Assembly (NCBI GenBank): GCA_964106915.2
Contig: OZ066918.1
Reading direction: 5' to 3' (one strand)
Source of the DNA: Podarcis gaigeae
Taxonomy: Eukaryota
DNA: 64,000 nucleotides
Positions 1 to 12,100 of this stretch are shown here, piece after piece; positions within the stretch are counted from its first letter, which is position 1, and the number at the start of each line of letters is the position of its first letter. The translations under genes and the position numbers were made by a program. A model generated the notes under the pieces. It ran no database searches, had not been told where the DNA came from, and was given only the letters and a program-made list of their open reading frames with translations.

Positions 1-1148
1 GAGTGTATGTGCATGCACTGACACAAACCATGGTGTACTTTCTGTAAATTATAATGGATTGGTTTCAAGACAGTTTCTAATTAAAAAATATATGCTTTCC
101 CTTGTATTAATTGTAAAGCAACTGCTATGAACTGTTTCAGACAACAGATCCACGATCACAGAGGACATCTGGTGACTGAACTCAAACATGCTCACCACTT
201 GATTGAAAACATCAAGTGGCGACTTGTATAGGAGTGTGTGCCAGAGTCAGCTTATTCAAGGGCCAGTGACTCAGTGTAGAAGCCTCAAGTCATGTAGATG
301 CAGTTATAAAGCAGCCTTAAAAACCTCCCAGAGTTCGTGTTTCATCTTTTGCAAACTGCAACCTTTTAAATTCATAATGACATATCCCTTATTTGCTAAA
401 ATATTAGACCCCTCCTCCCAAAAACGCCACATACAAGTCTCAGCATCACAAAAGTGTGGCTTACTTTTCAATCCCCATCTGATCACATAGCAGATGTAGA
501 TTCTACTACGAAGAGCCTGGCGTATTCCCATTTACTCAGGAGTTAGTATACTGGTACAAGTGTGCACAACCTTTACTTTCTATTGACAGATGACAACCAA
601 GGTACATACCAGCTTTTCATCTTTTAAAGTTTAGCTTTTGATACCTACCTTTTGCCAACAGCAAGAGTATCCCCTCTAAAGTGGTGCAGAGAGCAATCCA
701 GTGGGTTTTGGTGTGAGACCACAACCCAAAAACTTTCCTGCATGATCCTCTTTTAGCAATTTCCATGCAAAATTTACAGCCGCTTTTTAAAACTCCAGAT
801 GGATTATTACAACTGCCTGAAAGGGAACTTCCTGAAAGGCAACTACGAATGCATAGTTAGTTCTCTCAAGCTGTATTGAACTGTTTTGAAATCTGGAGCA
901 TCTTTTAACTCATGAAGCTCAATACATCATTTCCTTCCTCTTTGTAACCAACACAAAATGCATGTATTTTGTGCTTAAGGTGCTGGAATACAAAAAAACA
1001 AGGTGCCTTGTGCAATTCAAGCACTATGAGCATCAACTGTACATTATTTTATCTAAGAAGTTCACTCGGTGAATTAGACGGTCCCATTCCATCCAATTGT
1101 GATTCTATGAAACAATGAACCAACTTGAACAGTTAGAAAAAAAACCCT

Positions 1149-1154
1149 TTTATT
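1149..1154 (-). terminator. Probable ILKAP polyadenylation signal AATAAA
   Basis: tttatt on + strand, ~135 nt past the stop codon, followed by a U-rich tract on the minus strand. Confidence 0.7.
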
Positions 1155-1288
1155 TACAAATAAGAGCATTCGGGGAGGAAACACAACCGAAACCCTACAT
1201 ACACACATACACACTCACAGGCACACTAACTTGTTCCATTAAATCCACTGCATGCTGCTAAGGACCTCACTTGCACCTATTCTCGGCA

Positions 1289-1429
1289 TCACTGCTCAAT
1301 CCGGACCACCACAACTGTGACGTTATCTGCAGAGCCTCGCTGCACAGCCTTGTTGGCCAGCCTGTTACAGGCTGCTTCATACCGAGCATCAGCCGCTGAT
1401 TTGGCATCTCTCGTGGGAATCGTTTTGTC
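1289..1429 (-). CDS. ILKAP: ILKAP exon 12 (coding part, 141 nt incl. stop)
   Basis: [46 protein letters not shown]; TGA at 1291-1289. Confidence 0.96.
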   Translation of the reverse strand, partial: DKTIPTRDAKSAADARYEAACNRLANKAVQRGSADNVTVVVVRIEQ

Positions 1430-1734
1430 CTATGGGGAAGCAGAATTTCTTAATTTGCCGAGAGCACCTCAATGCCCATGTCTCTCATTCCCAGAGTAAC
1501 TTCTAATTATTTACAATGTTTGTATATCATTCGTTCACAAAAAAATATCTGGGAAGTATAGGGACTTGTTTCAACACCCACAACCCCTGGTACACTATAA
1601 AGTACAAAAATGGGCACAAAGTTAGAAACACTTTTTAAAAAAAGTATTGTAATAAAAGTAAAATCAGCAGCCAAGGATTTAGTAGTGCGAAGTACCTATT
1701 AAGCACTAAAAATGTCGCTTTAGAACTAGAAAGC

Positions 1735-1767
<33 letters not shown>

Positions 1768-4075
1768 GTCTTCAGCTGGCTCTGTAAAGGCCACAACATA
1801 GACGTCAATGGAGTCTTTCTTGGGGAAGGCATTCCACAGCTGGGAAGTCACCAGTGAAGGGGCTCTTTCCTTCACAGCAAATTACCTCATCTCATTTAAA
1901 CAGAAACACTCAAAAAAGGGCCTCTACTCAGTCTTGCAATTAGCTACCTGCACTGTCATCTGAAAGGAATGTTTTGGTGTGTTTTTTAACTCGCCACAAG
2001 CCCCGCTGCCACCTGCTGCTATGGGGACAGAGGGACCATCTCTCTTCTGCCCCCTTCCCACCAGAAACAGCAACTAGACATATATTAAAGTTTACACAGT
2101 CCCTGCTTGGTTGAATCAGGGCACGCAACCCATCAAGTGGATGTCTTACATGCCAGCCAAAGAACAAGAGTGAGTTCCTCTTCCACATTCCTTTCCTAAC
2201 AAGCAGCCCTGTCTCTTCTCACTCAAGCCTATCTTCCCCTTACCTCCAAACAAGACATAATGAAGTTCACAGCTTCATCTGGTGAGAAGACTTTGAAGAG
2301 ACCATCACAAGCCAAGAGGATAAACCTGGAAGAGCAATAAGTGATAAGTTTTATGGGGGGTGGGGGGATTAGGACCTAGAAACAAAACAGAACACAAGGA
2401 GTGATTTAACGGTTTATTCTAAAGACAGCCCACTTGTATTCTCTGCATTTGTGTACTTGTGTCAGGTTTTACCTGTCGTTGTGTGTAAGCTGGCAGCGCT
2501 TGACATCTGGCACAGAGATGACCCCAAAGCGCTTGTACTGCCCATCCCCAATGGAGCGCGAGACTTCCAGGACACCCAAGACACGTCCTTCCCTACAAAA
2601 GTGGGGAGAGAGAGCCGATTTCAGCATGCCAGTGGGTTTAATCCCCAAAGTTGTCAGGCTAGAACAGGGATGGGGAACCTGTGGCCCTGCAGCTGTTGTT
2701 GCGAGCTCAACTCCCAGCAGTCCCACGCAGCATTGCCAACGTTCAGAGAGATATTCCAGCAGCACCTGGAGGACCAAGAGTTCCTCACTTCTGAGCTAGA
2801 AGTATTTGGGACCAAGGTGAGTCCAGTTTACTACAGACTCTAGCTAGATGCTTCACAAGTAGTCTACACAATTCCTTTTGCAACTTTACCATATAATTAT
2901 AGAACTCAAGATAAAGCAATATATTTTGATCCCAAATTGACACTTGAATGCTAATTTGTTAATATGATCTGAACACCTGCCCTAGTTATGCATTCACTTA
3001 AAATTTGGTTGAACTTGTTCAGTATGGCACATTCCCATGTGCCCTTGCAGGACTTTTTCTGAGAAATTCAAGGAAAAAATCTACATTAGGAGACCAAGTG
3101 GCAACATGAATGGGCCATGTGCAGGCTTTGCAAGTATAAGGAGCTACATTCAACCCTGTCATCTCCCTGTTCCCAGCCACTCTTTCAAGGGATCTCAGGA
3201 AGCAAGAGCTGAGAAATATTTCTGCTTGAGAACCTGGAAAGCTATTGCCTTTCAGAGAGCAACAGCACTTGGCTCTATGTACCACTGGCTGAACTAGTTA
3301 GAAGGCAGCTCCTTACACCACATGGCAACAATATTTTCAAAGTCACAGCAGCACCTTTGTTTTTATCATGCAATGACTCAACAGCACCTTTGGTAAGAAT
3401 CACTTGGTCTCATCAAGAAGAGAGTTTGACATCTGAACAGCTGGATTAAAGCTATCTGGCCAGCAGTGAAAGGGCCCTGTTTGCTCCCAAGGTCAGATGC
3501 ATTGTCATTTTTACAGAGTCACATTCTTTATACACCCCACCAATAAATACAGTACCAATTCATATTCACATTCTATATAGCTAGGAAAATACTAACTTAT
3601 TTCAATTATTAACATTTATCCACATAGGTAGTTAAATGATGGCTTCTAACAAAATAAAAAAGTCAACTCACAAAGTCTACAGCTAACAGTTAATAAGAAT
3701 TGTCCACAGTTCAAATGAGCATTTACATTGGGCGGCCAGAGGGGGCGGTTGCAGCTAAAAATCCCAAATGTTGCTGAAGGGCTATTGGAGGAAGAGAAGA
3801 GAAACCTGTTACCTGACATTCCCTCCAGCCTTTTGGATCCTCATCCGCTCGTCGTATTGAGTTGGGTTATGTTCTTTACTGAGACTTAAGGCTGTATGTT
3901 TCTGACTTTCTTCATTGTAGCGACACAGAAGCGCCTGAACTGACAGAAGAACCCTCATGAGCAAGTAGCAAGGATTGCAAGTCTCTGCTTGGGGCAATAT
4001 AGGATACAACTTTCCACTAAGCAAACCTTTAAACAATTTCTAAGCAGTGTCACTCTACTGCATGCCTCCAGCCTC

Positions 4076-4114
<39 letters not shown>

Positions 4115-7100
4115 TTATTTATAGCCCGCCCTTCCCGGTTCAGAAAACTGGGCTCAGGGCGGCTAGCAACAAATTTAAAACACAAAATGGCCAGGGCCTG
4201 AAATTGGCTTGAGCTGAGAACATCTTAAAAATTGATGGAAGACACCACCACTGAGTCTGTAACGCCATCTAGAGTTCACCAAGAAAATCCAATGGATCAC
4301 AGAGCTGCTCCAAAGCACATTCCTCCCAACAACTACACTTGGTGGACATATTGCAAGGTAATGACTGTGCTAAGGTACAGCTGCTCTAGCATTTTTTGGT
4401 GGAACTGAAAAGATTAGCGTCACTCAGTAACAAGAAAAATGTACTGAAACTGGACCCACAACTTCTAGTGCTGCTTACCCTGCTGTCTCCAAGGTTGGCA
4501 ATATACAAAGTATTATCAATCACCAGCACACAGGTTGCTGTGGAGCCATCCTTCCAGGCAGGTTTCCTGTGAGTACAAGAAAGTGGAAACAAGAAAGTGA
4601 GTTCAAGCAAGCTCCAAATTGTTCCAAGAGTCACACTGCACAACTATGGAGACTGATAGCCCAATGCAAAAAAGAGGGGGAATTAATGGACTACTCACAA
4701 GTTTAAGAACACACCTGTGCTATAGCCCCCCTTGCATTTTGAAATGGTTGAGTTCACATGGAGGAGTGTACAATTGAGTATGTATACACCCACCCACATA
4801 GACTCCTTCAATGGAAAATTAGTTATCAAATTATTACTATTTATTGCATTTATAGCCCACTTTTTTTTGCCAAGGTGCTCAAGGTGGCATAAATGGTTCA
4901 CACCGCCTCAATTAATCCCAACAACCCCCTTGTGGGGTAGGTTTGGCTGAGAGACAGTGACCGGCCTAAGGTGTGTGGGGATCTGAACCCAGGTCCTAGT
5001 CTGACACTTTAACCACTATACTACACTGGCTTTGCAGGAGCAAAAGGGGCGGGGTTATGAAGGTGGCTTTGTTTTATCGCTACTTGACAACTTTCTTTCT
5101 CATCTGTAGGGAACATCTGACAAGGGGAAACAAGCAAACATCTTTTCTGAAGTAATACAGTCCCAAATACTCTTAACACAATGCCTATATCAGGCATAGG
5201 CAAACTCAGCCCTCCAGATGTTTTTGGCCTACAACTCCCATGAACCCTAGCTAACAGGACCAATGATCAGGGATGATGGGAATTGTAGTCCAAAAACACC
5301 TGGAGGGCCGAGTTTGCCTATGTCTGGCCTATATACTTGGAAAGTTTACACTTACTGGCTGGAAGCCTGCTTGAGAAACTCCTCATCTGTGTATTTGAAG
5401 GTGTCCAGAAGGCATCTTCTTATTGTTTTCTCAACACTGGGCACATCTCCTGTTATGAACACAAAAGAAGGGATTAGCTACTTCCCTCAAAACATATTCT
5501 GTGCTAGACAAATCAAAATTCCTGCTCAGGATTACCTGAAATGTTGCTTACAGAATGCATGATGACTAAAATACTAATTTCCAGTGTCTGCTAAAAACAT
5601 TCCTGTTTGGCCAAGCCTACCCAGATGCTTAGAAATGCTGGTGTGAACTTTAATCTGCTTTAGTATTTTAACTTCTTGTATGTTTTAAGATACTAATTCC
5701 CCCCCCCCCTGATTTTTTGGTTTTATCCTTTTGTAAACTCCTCTGAGGGTTGTTGTTGGTTTTTTCTTTACAATCAAGCGGTGTGTAAATTTTATGAAAT
5801 AAATGAAAATCTGCAATTCAGATTAACCGTTCAGGGAGGGCACTTTGCAACTGGGGTGTCCCTGCAAGGAAGGCTGTCTCCCTAGAGGCCACCCACCATC
5901 CTTCACTTGCCACAGGACAGGACTGCAGAATAGGACTTCTGAAGGCAATGTCATAGTTTGGTTAAATATATATTAGAGAAGGCACTCCTTCAGATAGCCT
6001 GGCTCCAATTTCTTTAGGGCTTAAGCAGGACCCCAGGACTATGGTGTGAAGGGACACTGTGTTGAAGCTCAGCAGGCCTGGGTCTGTCCAACGCCTGAGT
6101 GAGAGGCCACCCTGCAGTCACATGTGTGCCAACTTGGCTTTCAAGGGGGAATAAAGGCAGGATACAATTTTAAGGAAAACAAATAATTGAAACCAGGAGT
6201 TTTAATTGGGTCCAGAAACGGATTGGGAGCCAGTGCAGCTGATAAAAGTACTGGGGATTGTGTACCCAAACAAGCACAAAGTTAGTTTCTTCTGAGCAAG
6301 CCTCACCAATGTGCAGCAGCAGCAGCAGCAGCAGCAGCTACACTGCGTTAAAACTAGTGCTCAGCAAACAGGAAACCCCAGAGAATGATACTGCACACAC
6401 GCTGCACTCCCCAACCCCCATTTTTACCTTTAGGGAATTTTCTGATCAGGTTTTGATGCAGGTTCTGTGCTGCATACTTTGAAGCTCGAACTCCTCCGTG
6501 GCCATCAAAGACAGCAAAGTATGAGACACGGGTACTGTAAAGGAAAACAAGATTGACCCCACTCTCTGGAAGTGGCCAAGAAACTGACAATGTGCTGAAC
6601 TTGCATCACTAGCGGATCTGCAAAAAGCACAACCCTCCCTCATCCATGTACCACAAGGATAGGCAATCTGGTGTTTAACAGACGCTGTTCGACTCCCAAC
6701 ATCAGCCCCAGCCAGCATAGCCAGGGATTACCGGAGTTGCAGTCCATGAACATATGGAGAGCAACAGGGTCCTCATTCCTGACATGGATTGCCTACGTAC
6801 AGGTTTCACATTTCTCTTTAAATTATGAATTTGTCAATGTGTGAAGCAGCCCCCAGTATCAACAAGGACCCAGATCCTAGGTTTTCCAATGCCACTGGTA
6901 GAATCTTAACAGTTACACAATTTGAGATCTTGCCTCTTTAGAAGAATACAGAATAAAAAGGATGGAAAGCAAATATCTGACGTGCTCTTTTAGGATAACT
7001 TGGGCCCAATTTTCTGCTGAATCTCCCAGAATTACATCTGTGAGGAAAGGTGCATTGAGGTGTGAATGTGTGTGTTCAATAGGAACAGGAAGAATCACAC

Positions 7101-10100
7101 CGAGTTATACCAACTGCCCATTTAGTTTAGCATTCTGTGCCCACAATGGCCAACCAAATGTTTTCTAGGAGCCCAGAAACAAGGCCTAAGTGCAACAGTG
7201 TTCCCCACTCAAAGGCATGCCATCTCCAACACCAGAGCTAATTTATTATATAGATATGTCTAATAACCATTGCTGGCATAACGCATTTCAAAAAGGAAAA
7301 CACTATTTCCAGACACCAAATCAACTGGAAAGCAACTTTAAAATTATTGTCCACATATCGCAAAACAGGCTATTCAGCACAAAGCAGGACTAGGACACAC
7401 ACACACGAGTCAATATGATAATATGCAAATATAATACTCACATCTGAGAGGGGAGGGGGCTGCACTCTTCTGTGATATCATTCAGAATGACATGGGCATC
7501 CTGCATCTCTTCTCGCTCTCCCTTCCTCTCTGCCACGTAGCCCTTCAGACCAAGGATACCCGCAGAATCTAAAAAGAAAGCAAAAGATACACACAGGATT
7601 CAATCCTTGAGCTCTCTTTTAAACGACATCCCATTAAGTGGCCATTTTGCTTTAGACAGTATCATTCTGAAAACCTCTTGATAACAAACTACATGTAAAG
7701 CTTTAACTAGACTACCAGACAGCAACATTATAGAATAGAACACACCAATTAAGAGTGCACTAGCAATGCCAATAAAACAAAAGTCTGAAAGCACCGTTCA
7801 AGGCAACGTAGGAACATTCCCAAGTTGTATTCACATTCATAAAGAATCTGCTGGCAGAATACATTCTAATAGGAAAAAGCTGTTCAACTGGGGTTAGAAC
7901 CCTCTGAATATTCTTAATTTTTAAACCTTGTGGCATTACTGTGTTAGCCACCACAGCGCTAGACTGCACAGCTACAGCTTGATCAGGTGCACCAGAGAAG
8001 ACGTCAACATGGTACACTTCTGGGATTTCTACAAATGCAGCTGATGTGAACAGAAGCAGATGTGACTCACGTCATGCCACTGTTGCCACATTACAATTCA
8101 GTTGGGAGATCGAAAGATGTTTTTGCTTCTACACTCTAGGTTAGCTTGGATAAGAAGCCTCCTACCCGAGGCAGACGAGGAAACAGATGGAGGCTGTATG
8201 GCAGCATGGCAGCAGTTAGGCCATGTTGCAAAGAGCACCATGAAAAAAAGCTCTCATGGCAGTGGATAAAGAGGCCTGTCTTCAGATCCTCATTCATCTT
8301 ATTAGGCAATTCTTGTTTTGAATTGTGCACAGCACCTTGTTATTGTGAGCCACATTGAGGACTCAGCTGCCTGAAAAACAACCCAGAATTGTCATGAAAA
8401 AGCTACCACCAGCAGCCTCTCTCACAAAGTTGTTCTGAGGAGAAGAGGGGGTAACAGACACATACATTGTCCTTCGCTCCTTGGAGGAAACATGGCTTAC
8501 CGATATAATACAGACACAATAGTGTCTGCAAGGAAACAAGAATACCCTTAAAAGCAGGAAACTCTGCAGAGGTGAGACAGTTGTTCACGAGCATCTTATA
8601 CTCCTCCCCCTGCTCATTCCTAAGAATGATCACAACAGGAAACAATCTCACTTTTGCCGTAATTTAAGGCAGCAGTAGAATAGAAAAATATGTGGCTTCA
8701 GAGTGTCTGAAAACCTTTACAAACTTTCTTTTCCACAAGTTCTTCACTCCCATTCTTCTCTCCCTCCGTGGATTTCCTCTTCTCTCCCTTCCCATGGCTC
8801 ATGGGAAGAGAAACTTGCTCTGGAGGATGTGAAGCTGAGGAACAAAATGTTGGTCAGTTATTTTATTTATCCGAGTCATTTACTCAAGTGATACTGTGAC
8901 AGAGTACACAATCCCTGACTGGCTGGGATTATGCAGCCAGATAAAATGGGCCAAATTATGCTGTAACACTGGCTACACCACCCTTGATTTCTCCTTTATA
9001 TAATCCTAGCTAGAGGAAGCTCTAGTATCAAAAGCAATAAAAGATGGTACCAAAACAGTTGCCAGCTGGGAAGTGAACAGCCAACACACAAGAGCTGAAG
9101 AGACAAAGAGGGTGTGGTGTGGAGGGAACAATCCACCTCCTTCAAACCACTACTTTTGAGCCTGAAAATGTTCACCTGTGACCATTTCATGAAGCCCTTC
9201 AGTTAACCAACTTCTGAAGCACTCAAGCATGTTTCATTCTCAGGTGTGATCCTATTACAGCAGTGCAATCAACAGCAAAACAGAAATCTTGAGACTACTG
9301 CTCACCTGAGTTTCCGCTGCTGGCAGGTGGGAGGTCGTCAAAAAGCAAAGAGCCTCCAGTTCCTAAAACACAAGGAAACATGTGTCCAGAATCCAGGTCC
9401 CAGAGCAAACAGATTTCTCAGATAGTTTCATAAAGAACACACAATCTATAAAATAGCACTGCCAAGCTAAAATGTCTATTCTACAGCAACCAGCCTTTGA
9501 ATTATCAGCAATGTCTCTGTAATCATTCTACCAATAAACCTGAGAGTGATGTAGAAATGCTGCTTCTGTAGCAAGCTGAAGAACAAAAGTAAACTTAGGC
9601 ATGTAGCTACACATTACAAATGCAGGCTTGGATGGCCAAGGCCCTGTGATACAGGAATGGTGCCCATGCTAAACAAAGAGACAGGGTTCAGCCAAGGGGT
9701 AAATCACAGTTGGGACATCAGCACAGCACCTTGAGTCAGAGAACTCCCCCAGCCAGAAGCAGCAACTATATCCTTCATTATTCACTTTTAAGTGCCAGTC
9801 AAAAATGTTCCTGTTTGGTTCTTAGACATTTGGTTCTCAGTTGGGACCATATATGATGATACCCTACCCACATTTTGGGAAACTTCCAGGCCTCCAGGCA
9901 TTACTGAACTAAAATGCCCAGCATCTCTGGGCTCACAGAAGTTGTAGTTCAGCAACATCTGGATGATCAAAGGCCCTGCACTGGTGCGTTGTGGTGTTCA
10001 AGCTTTTAGTGTGCCAGGGTAGGATTTTTTCTATAATATTGCAGGATAAGCACTTTTGAGTAAATAGCTGTTTTATTCTTTTTTATATTTTAACTTGTGT

Positions 10101-11271
10101 ATTTGTATGTGGGTTTTTTAAAAACAAAGTCACTTGGAGACATTTTACATAGCAAGTAATAAATGCACATTAATAAATAATAAACAAAACTTCTTGCCCA
10201 CTTTGTGAGGGAGTTTTGAAGTACATGTAGTAAGTTGGGGCTGGGACAAAGAGTACATATGGCTTGAAGAACTGTCATAAAGAAAAACATTAGTCAAGGA
10301 ACAATGGTGTCCTGCTTTTCTCATTTCTCAAAGCAAGTTACATATACGAAGAGGATTAAGAGTGCCTGCTAGTCTTCCCCTGAGGCATAAGGAGGGCACA
10401 TCACTACATAAGGGCCTAAGGAACAATACAAAAGGAGAAAAAGATGACCATGCTAGTCAGTGAAAGACATGATGTATACAAGAATCATACCAAAGTCAGT
10501 GCTGCTGACTGATGGAAGTTCATCAAAAAGCAAAATTCCTTTCTGCCCTTCTTTCCCTGAAAAAAAGCAAGCAATAACAGGCATCAATTAGAGAACATGT
10601 GACCACAAGGGACTGATTGACGACTTCTTTCTTTCTTTTTAAAAAAAATAATCATTCAAAGTGTAAATCTCCTGGGGGCAGAATCAGTTGCTCCTCCTCC
10701 CTTCCTAGCAGCTAACAGTCAAAACAATACAGTACTGGAAAGTCACGGAAGCAGCAGCAGCAGCAATTACAGCACCTCGGAAGCCGTTACCCATGCGTGT
10801 GTGTGGGAGTGCGCGCTAGGGCTTTCACCCAAGAAAAGGACGCGCGTGCGCGCATCCCGGTGTCAATACGCGACGCGTGCATCCGTGTACGAGTTCACAC
10901 GCGCATGCGTGCTGCACCGTGTTTAGCAAAGCGGGGCTAATCCTGGGCATAAAAAAACAACACAGCCCGTGCCTGCACCCACCTGGGGCCTTGGCCGCTC
11001 TTCGAAGGGACCATGGCTGCGCAGGTGGCCCCGAGTGCAGGCGGCGCCTTCCCTTCCCCGCCAAGAAATGAGGCGAATTCAAGGCTCCGGGAAGGGAAGG
11101 AGGGCGGGCGGCTAAGCTCCAGCCCGGCTCCTGAGGCCGACAGCCGAAGGCTCCTTTCCCCCCAAGCGGACGGCGGAGTCCAGGCCCCGAAGGGCGCCCG
11201 GGGCGCTTACCTGCCGCCACCTCCACAGCTGCCGAAGGGGCCGCCTCGGGAAGGTCCCCGAACAGATCCAT
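1289..11271 (-). CDS. ILKAP: Integrin-linked kinase-associated Ser/Thr phosphatase 2C (PPM family), complete 12-exon CDS, 1185 nt / 394 aa
   Basis: Exons 11211-11271, 10491-10556, 9306-9362, 8715-8834, 7442-7568, 6428-6534, 5356-5449, 4479-4566, 3813-3934, 2473-2592, 2244-2325, 1289-1429. All introns are GT-AG and frame is kept. Translation starts MDLFGDLPE and has PP2C motifs ([41 protein letters not shown]), matching vertebrate ILKAP as recalled. Confidence 0.97.
1735..1763. repeat. (TG)n microsatellite
   Basis: Read directly. Confidence 0.95.
2244..2325 (-). CDS. ILKAP: ILKAP exon 11 (82 nt)
   Basis: [27 protein letters not shown]; tccag|...|gtaagg. Confidence 0.96.
2473..2592 (-). CDS. 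ILKAP: ILKAP exon 10 (120 nt)
   Basis: [39 protein letters not shown]; tgtag|...|gtaaaa. Confidence 0.96.
3813..3934 (-). CDS. ILKAP: ILKAP exon 9 (122 nt)
   Basis: [40 protein letters not shown]; ttcag|...|gtaaca. Confidence 0.96.
4076..4114. repeat. (AAT)13 microsatellite
   Basis: Read directly; next to a LINE-like 3' end. Confidence 0.95.
4479..4566 (-). CDS. ILKAP: ILKAP exon 8 (88 nt)
   Basis: [29 protein letters not shown]; cacag|...|gtaagc. Confidence 0.96.
5191..5326. mobile_element. hAT-type MITE (136 bp)
   Basis: TIRs caggcataggcaaact / agtttgcctatgtctg; 8-bp TSD gcctatat (5183-5190, 5327-5334). Confidence 0.85.
5356..5449 (-). CDS. ILKAP: ILKAP exon 7 (94 nt)
   Basis: [30 protein letters not shown]; aacag|...|gtaagt. 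Confidence 0.95.
6313..6338. repeat. (GCA)n microsatellite in an ILKAP intron
   Basis: Read directly. Confidence 0.9.
6428..6534 (-). CDS. ILKAP: ILKAP exon 6 (107 nt)
   Basis: [35 protein letters not shown]; tacag|...|gtaaaa. Confidence 0.96.
7442..7568 (-). CDS. ILKAP: ILKAP exon 5 (127 nt)
   Basis: [30 protein letters not shown]; tttag|...|gtgagt. Confidence 0.95.
8715..8834 (-). CDS. ILKAP: ILKAP exon 4 (120 nt)
   Basis: ctcag| ...[26 protein letters not shown] |gttttc (weak donor). Confidence 0.9.
9306..9362 (-). CDS. ILKAP: ILKAP exon 3 (57 nt)
   Basis: tttag| [19 protein letters not shown] |gtgagc. Confidence 0.93.
10491..10556 (-). CDS. ILKAP: ILKAP exon 2 (66 nt)
   Basis: ttcag| [22 protein letters not shown] |gtatga. 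Confidence 0.92.
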
Positions 11272-11840
11272 CCAGCCTCGCACTCGGCGGCGGCCGGCCC
11301 GAGCCGCGGCGACCTCCTCTTCCTCCTCCTCCACTCGCAAAGGCCCACCTGGATGCCAATCACCGCCGTGATGCGGAGCTCTCATTGGCTGCTCGCCTCC
11401 CTCGGCTAATCGCTCCTTTAGAGGGGCGTGGCTAAAGCACCCTCGCCAAAAAACAACCCAAAGAAACGCGGGCCTTTTCATAGGCCAGCCGCTCTGGAGG
11501 GCGGGACTAGAAGGTTGTAAGTCAGGCTCCGTTATTCCTATGGCTCAGGGATCAAGGAGGAGTTGGCGCCTGCCAATCATCCTTAGGGGCGGACCCGCCA
11601 GTTTTTCTTTCGAACGTTCTGATGACGCGCCGCGTTCTGCTACTTTGCTTCCCGGCAGTGAGATGCTTTTTGCAATAGCGGGAGGCGGAAAAATATTGAC
11701 GGGGCACCAAGAGGACGAGGGTTCTGCGGGGCGGGGAATCTTGCCCCTCATGCTAGCTTTCTAAGAGAGACACGGCCGTGTAGGTCAAATTAATGATCCT
11801 CCGCAGGTGTGCTTTGAAAAACTCCTCCCCCCGCCGCTGA
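10780..11840. promoter_or_regulatory. CpG island / ILKAP promoter
   Basis: Abrupt GC- and CpG-rich block over ILKAP exon 1. CCAAT/ATTGG boxes (~11355, ~11384, ~11573), GC boxes (ggggcgtggc ~11422, gggcgggac ~11499, ggggcggac ~11586, ggggcgggg ~11728) and TGACG half-sites (~11623, ~11697). Confidence 0.85.
11211..11271 (-). CDS. ILKAP: ILKAP exon 1 (coding part, 61 nt)
   Basis: ATG at 11271; [20 protein letters not shown]; donor G|gtaagc. Confidence 0.93.
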
Positions 11841-12010
11841 GATGGCTTGGTTACTTCTTTGTAACAATATGAAGCTGCCACTAGATGATGCCTGAGCAAG
11901 GCAAGAGGAAGTGTGGATGATATGAGACCTGATTTAAGGATAAAAAGCCAGTGTTGTGGGTTTTTTGGGCAGTGGGGGTGGCGGCAAAGGCATAGCCGCT
12001 GGGATCAGTG

Positions 12011-12100
12011 CATAGCTGTCAACTTTCCCCTTTTCTTGCGAGGAATCCTATTCGGAATAAGGGAATTTCCCTTTAAAAAAGGGAAACGTTGACAGCTATG
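12011..12100. mobile_element. hAT-type MITE (90 bp)
   Basis: Perfect TIRs catagctgtcaac / gttgacagctatg; 8-bp TSD gatcagtg (12003-12010, 12101-12108). Confidence 0.85.

Noticed and set aside
2434-2843. Plus-strand ORFs of 121 and 130 aa
   Set aside because: Antisense shadows of ILKAP exon 10 plus intron sequence, with no recognisable protein or splice support.
10825-11764. Long overlapping ORFs (218, 140, 83, 74 aa) over the CpG island
   Set aside because: GC-rich DNA is depleted of stops. Only 11211-11271 matches ILKAP and it ends at a clear donor.
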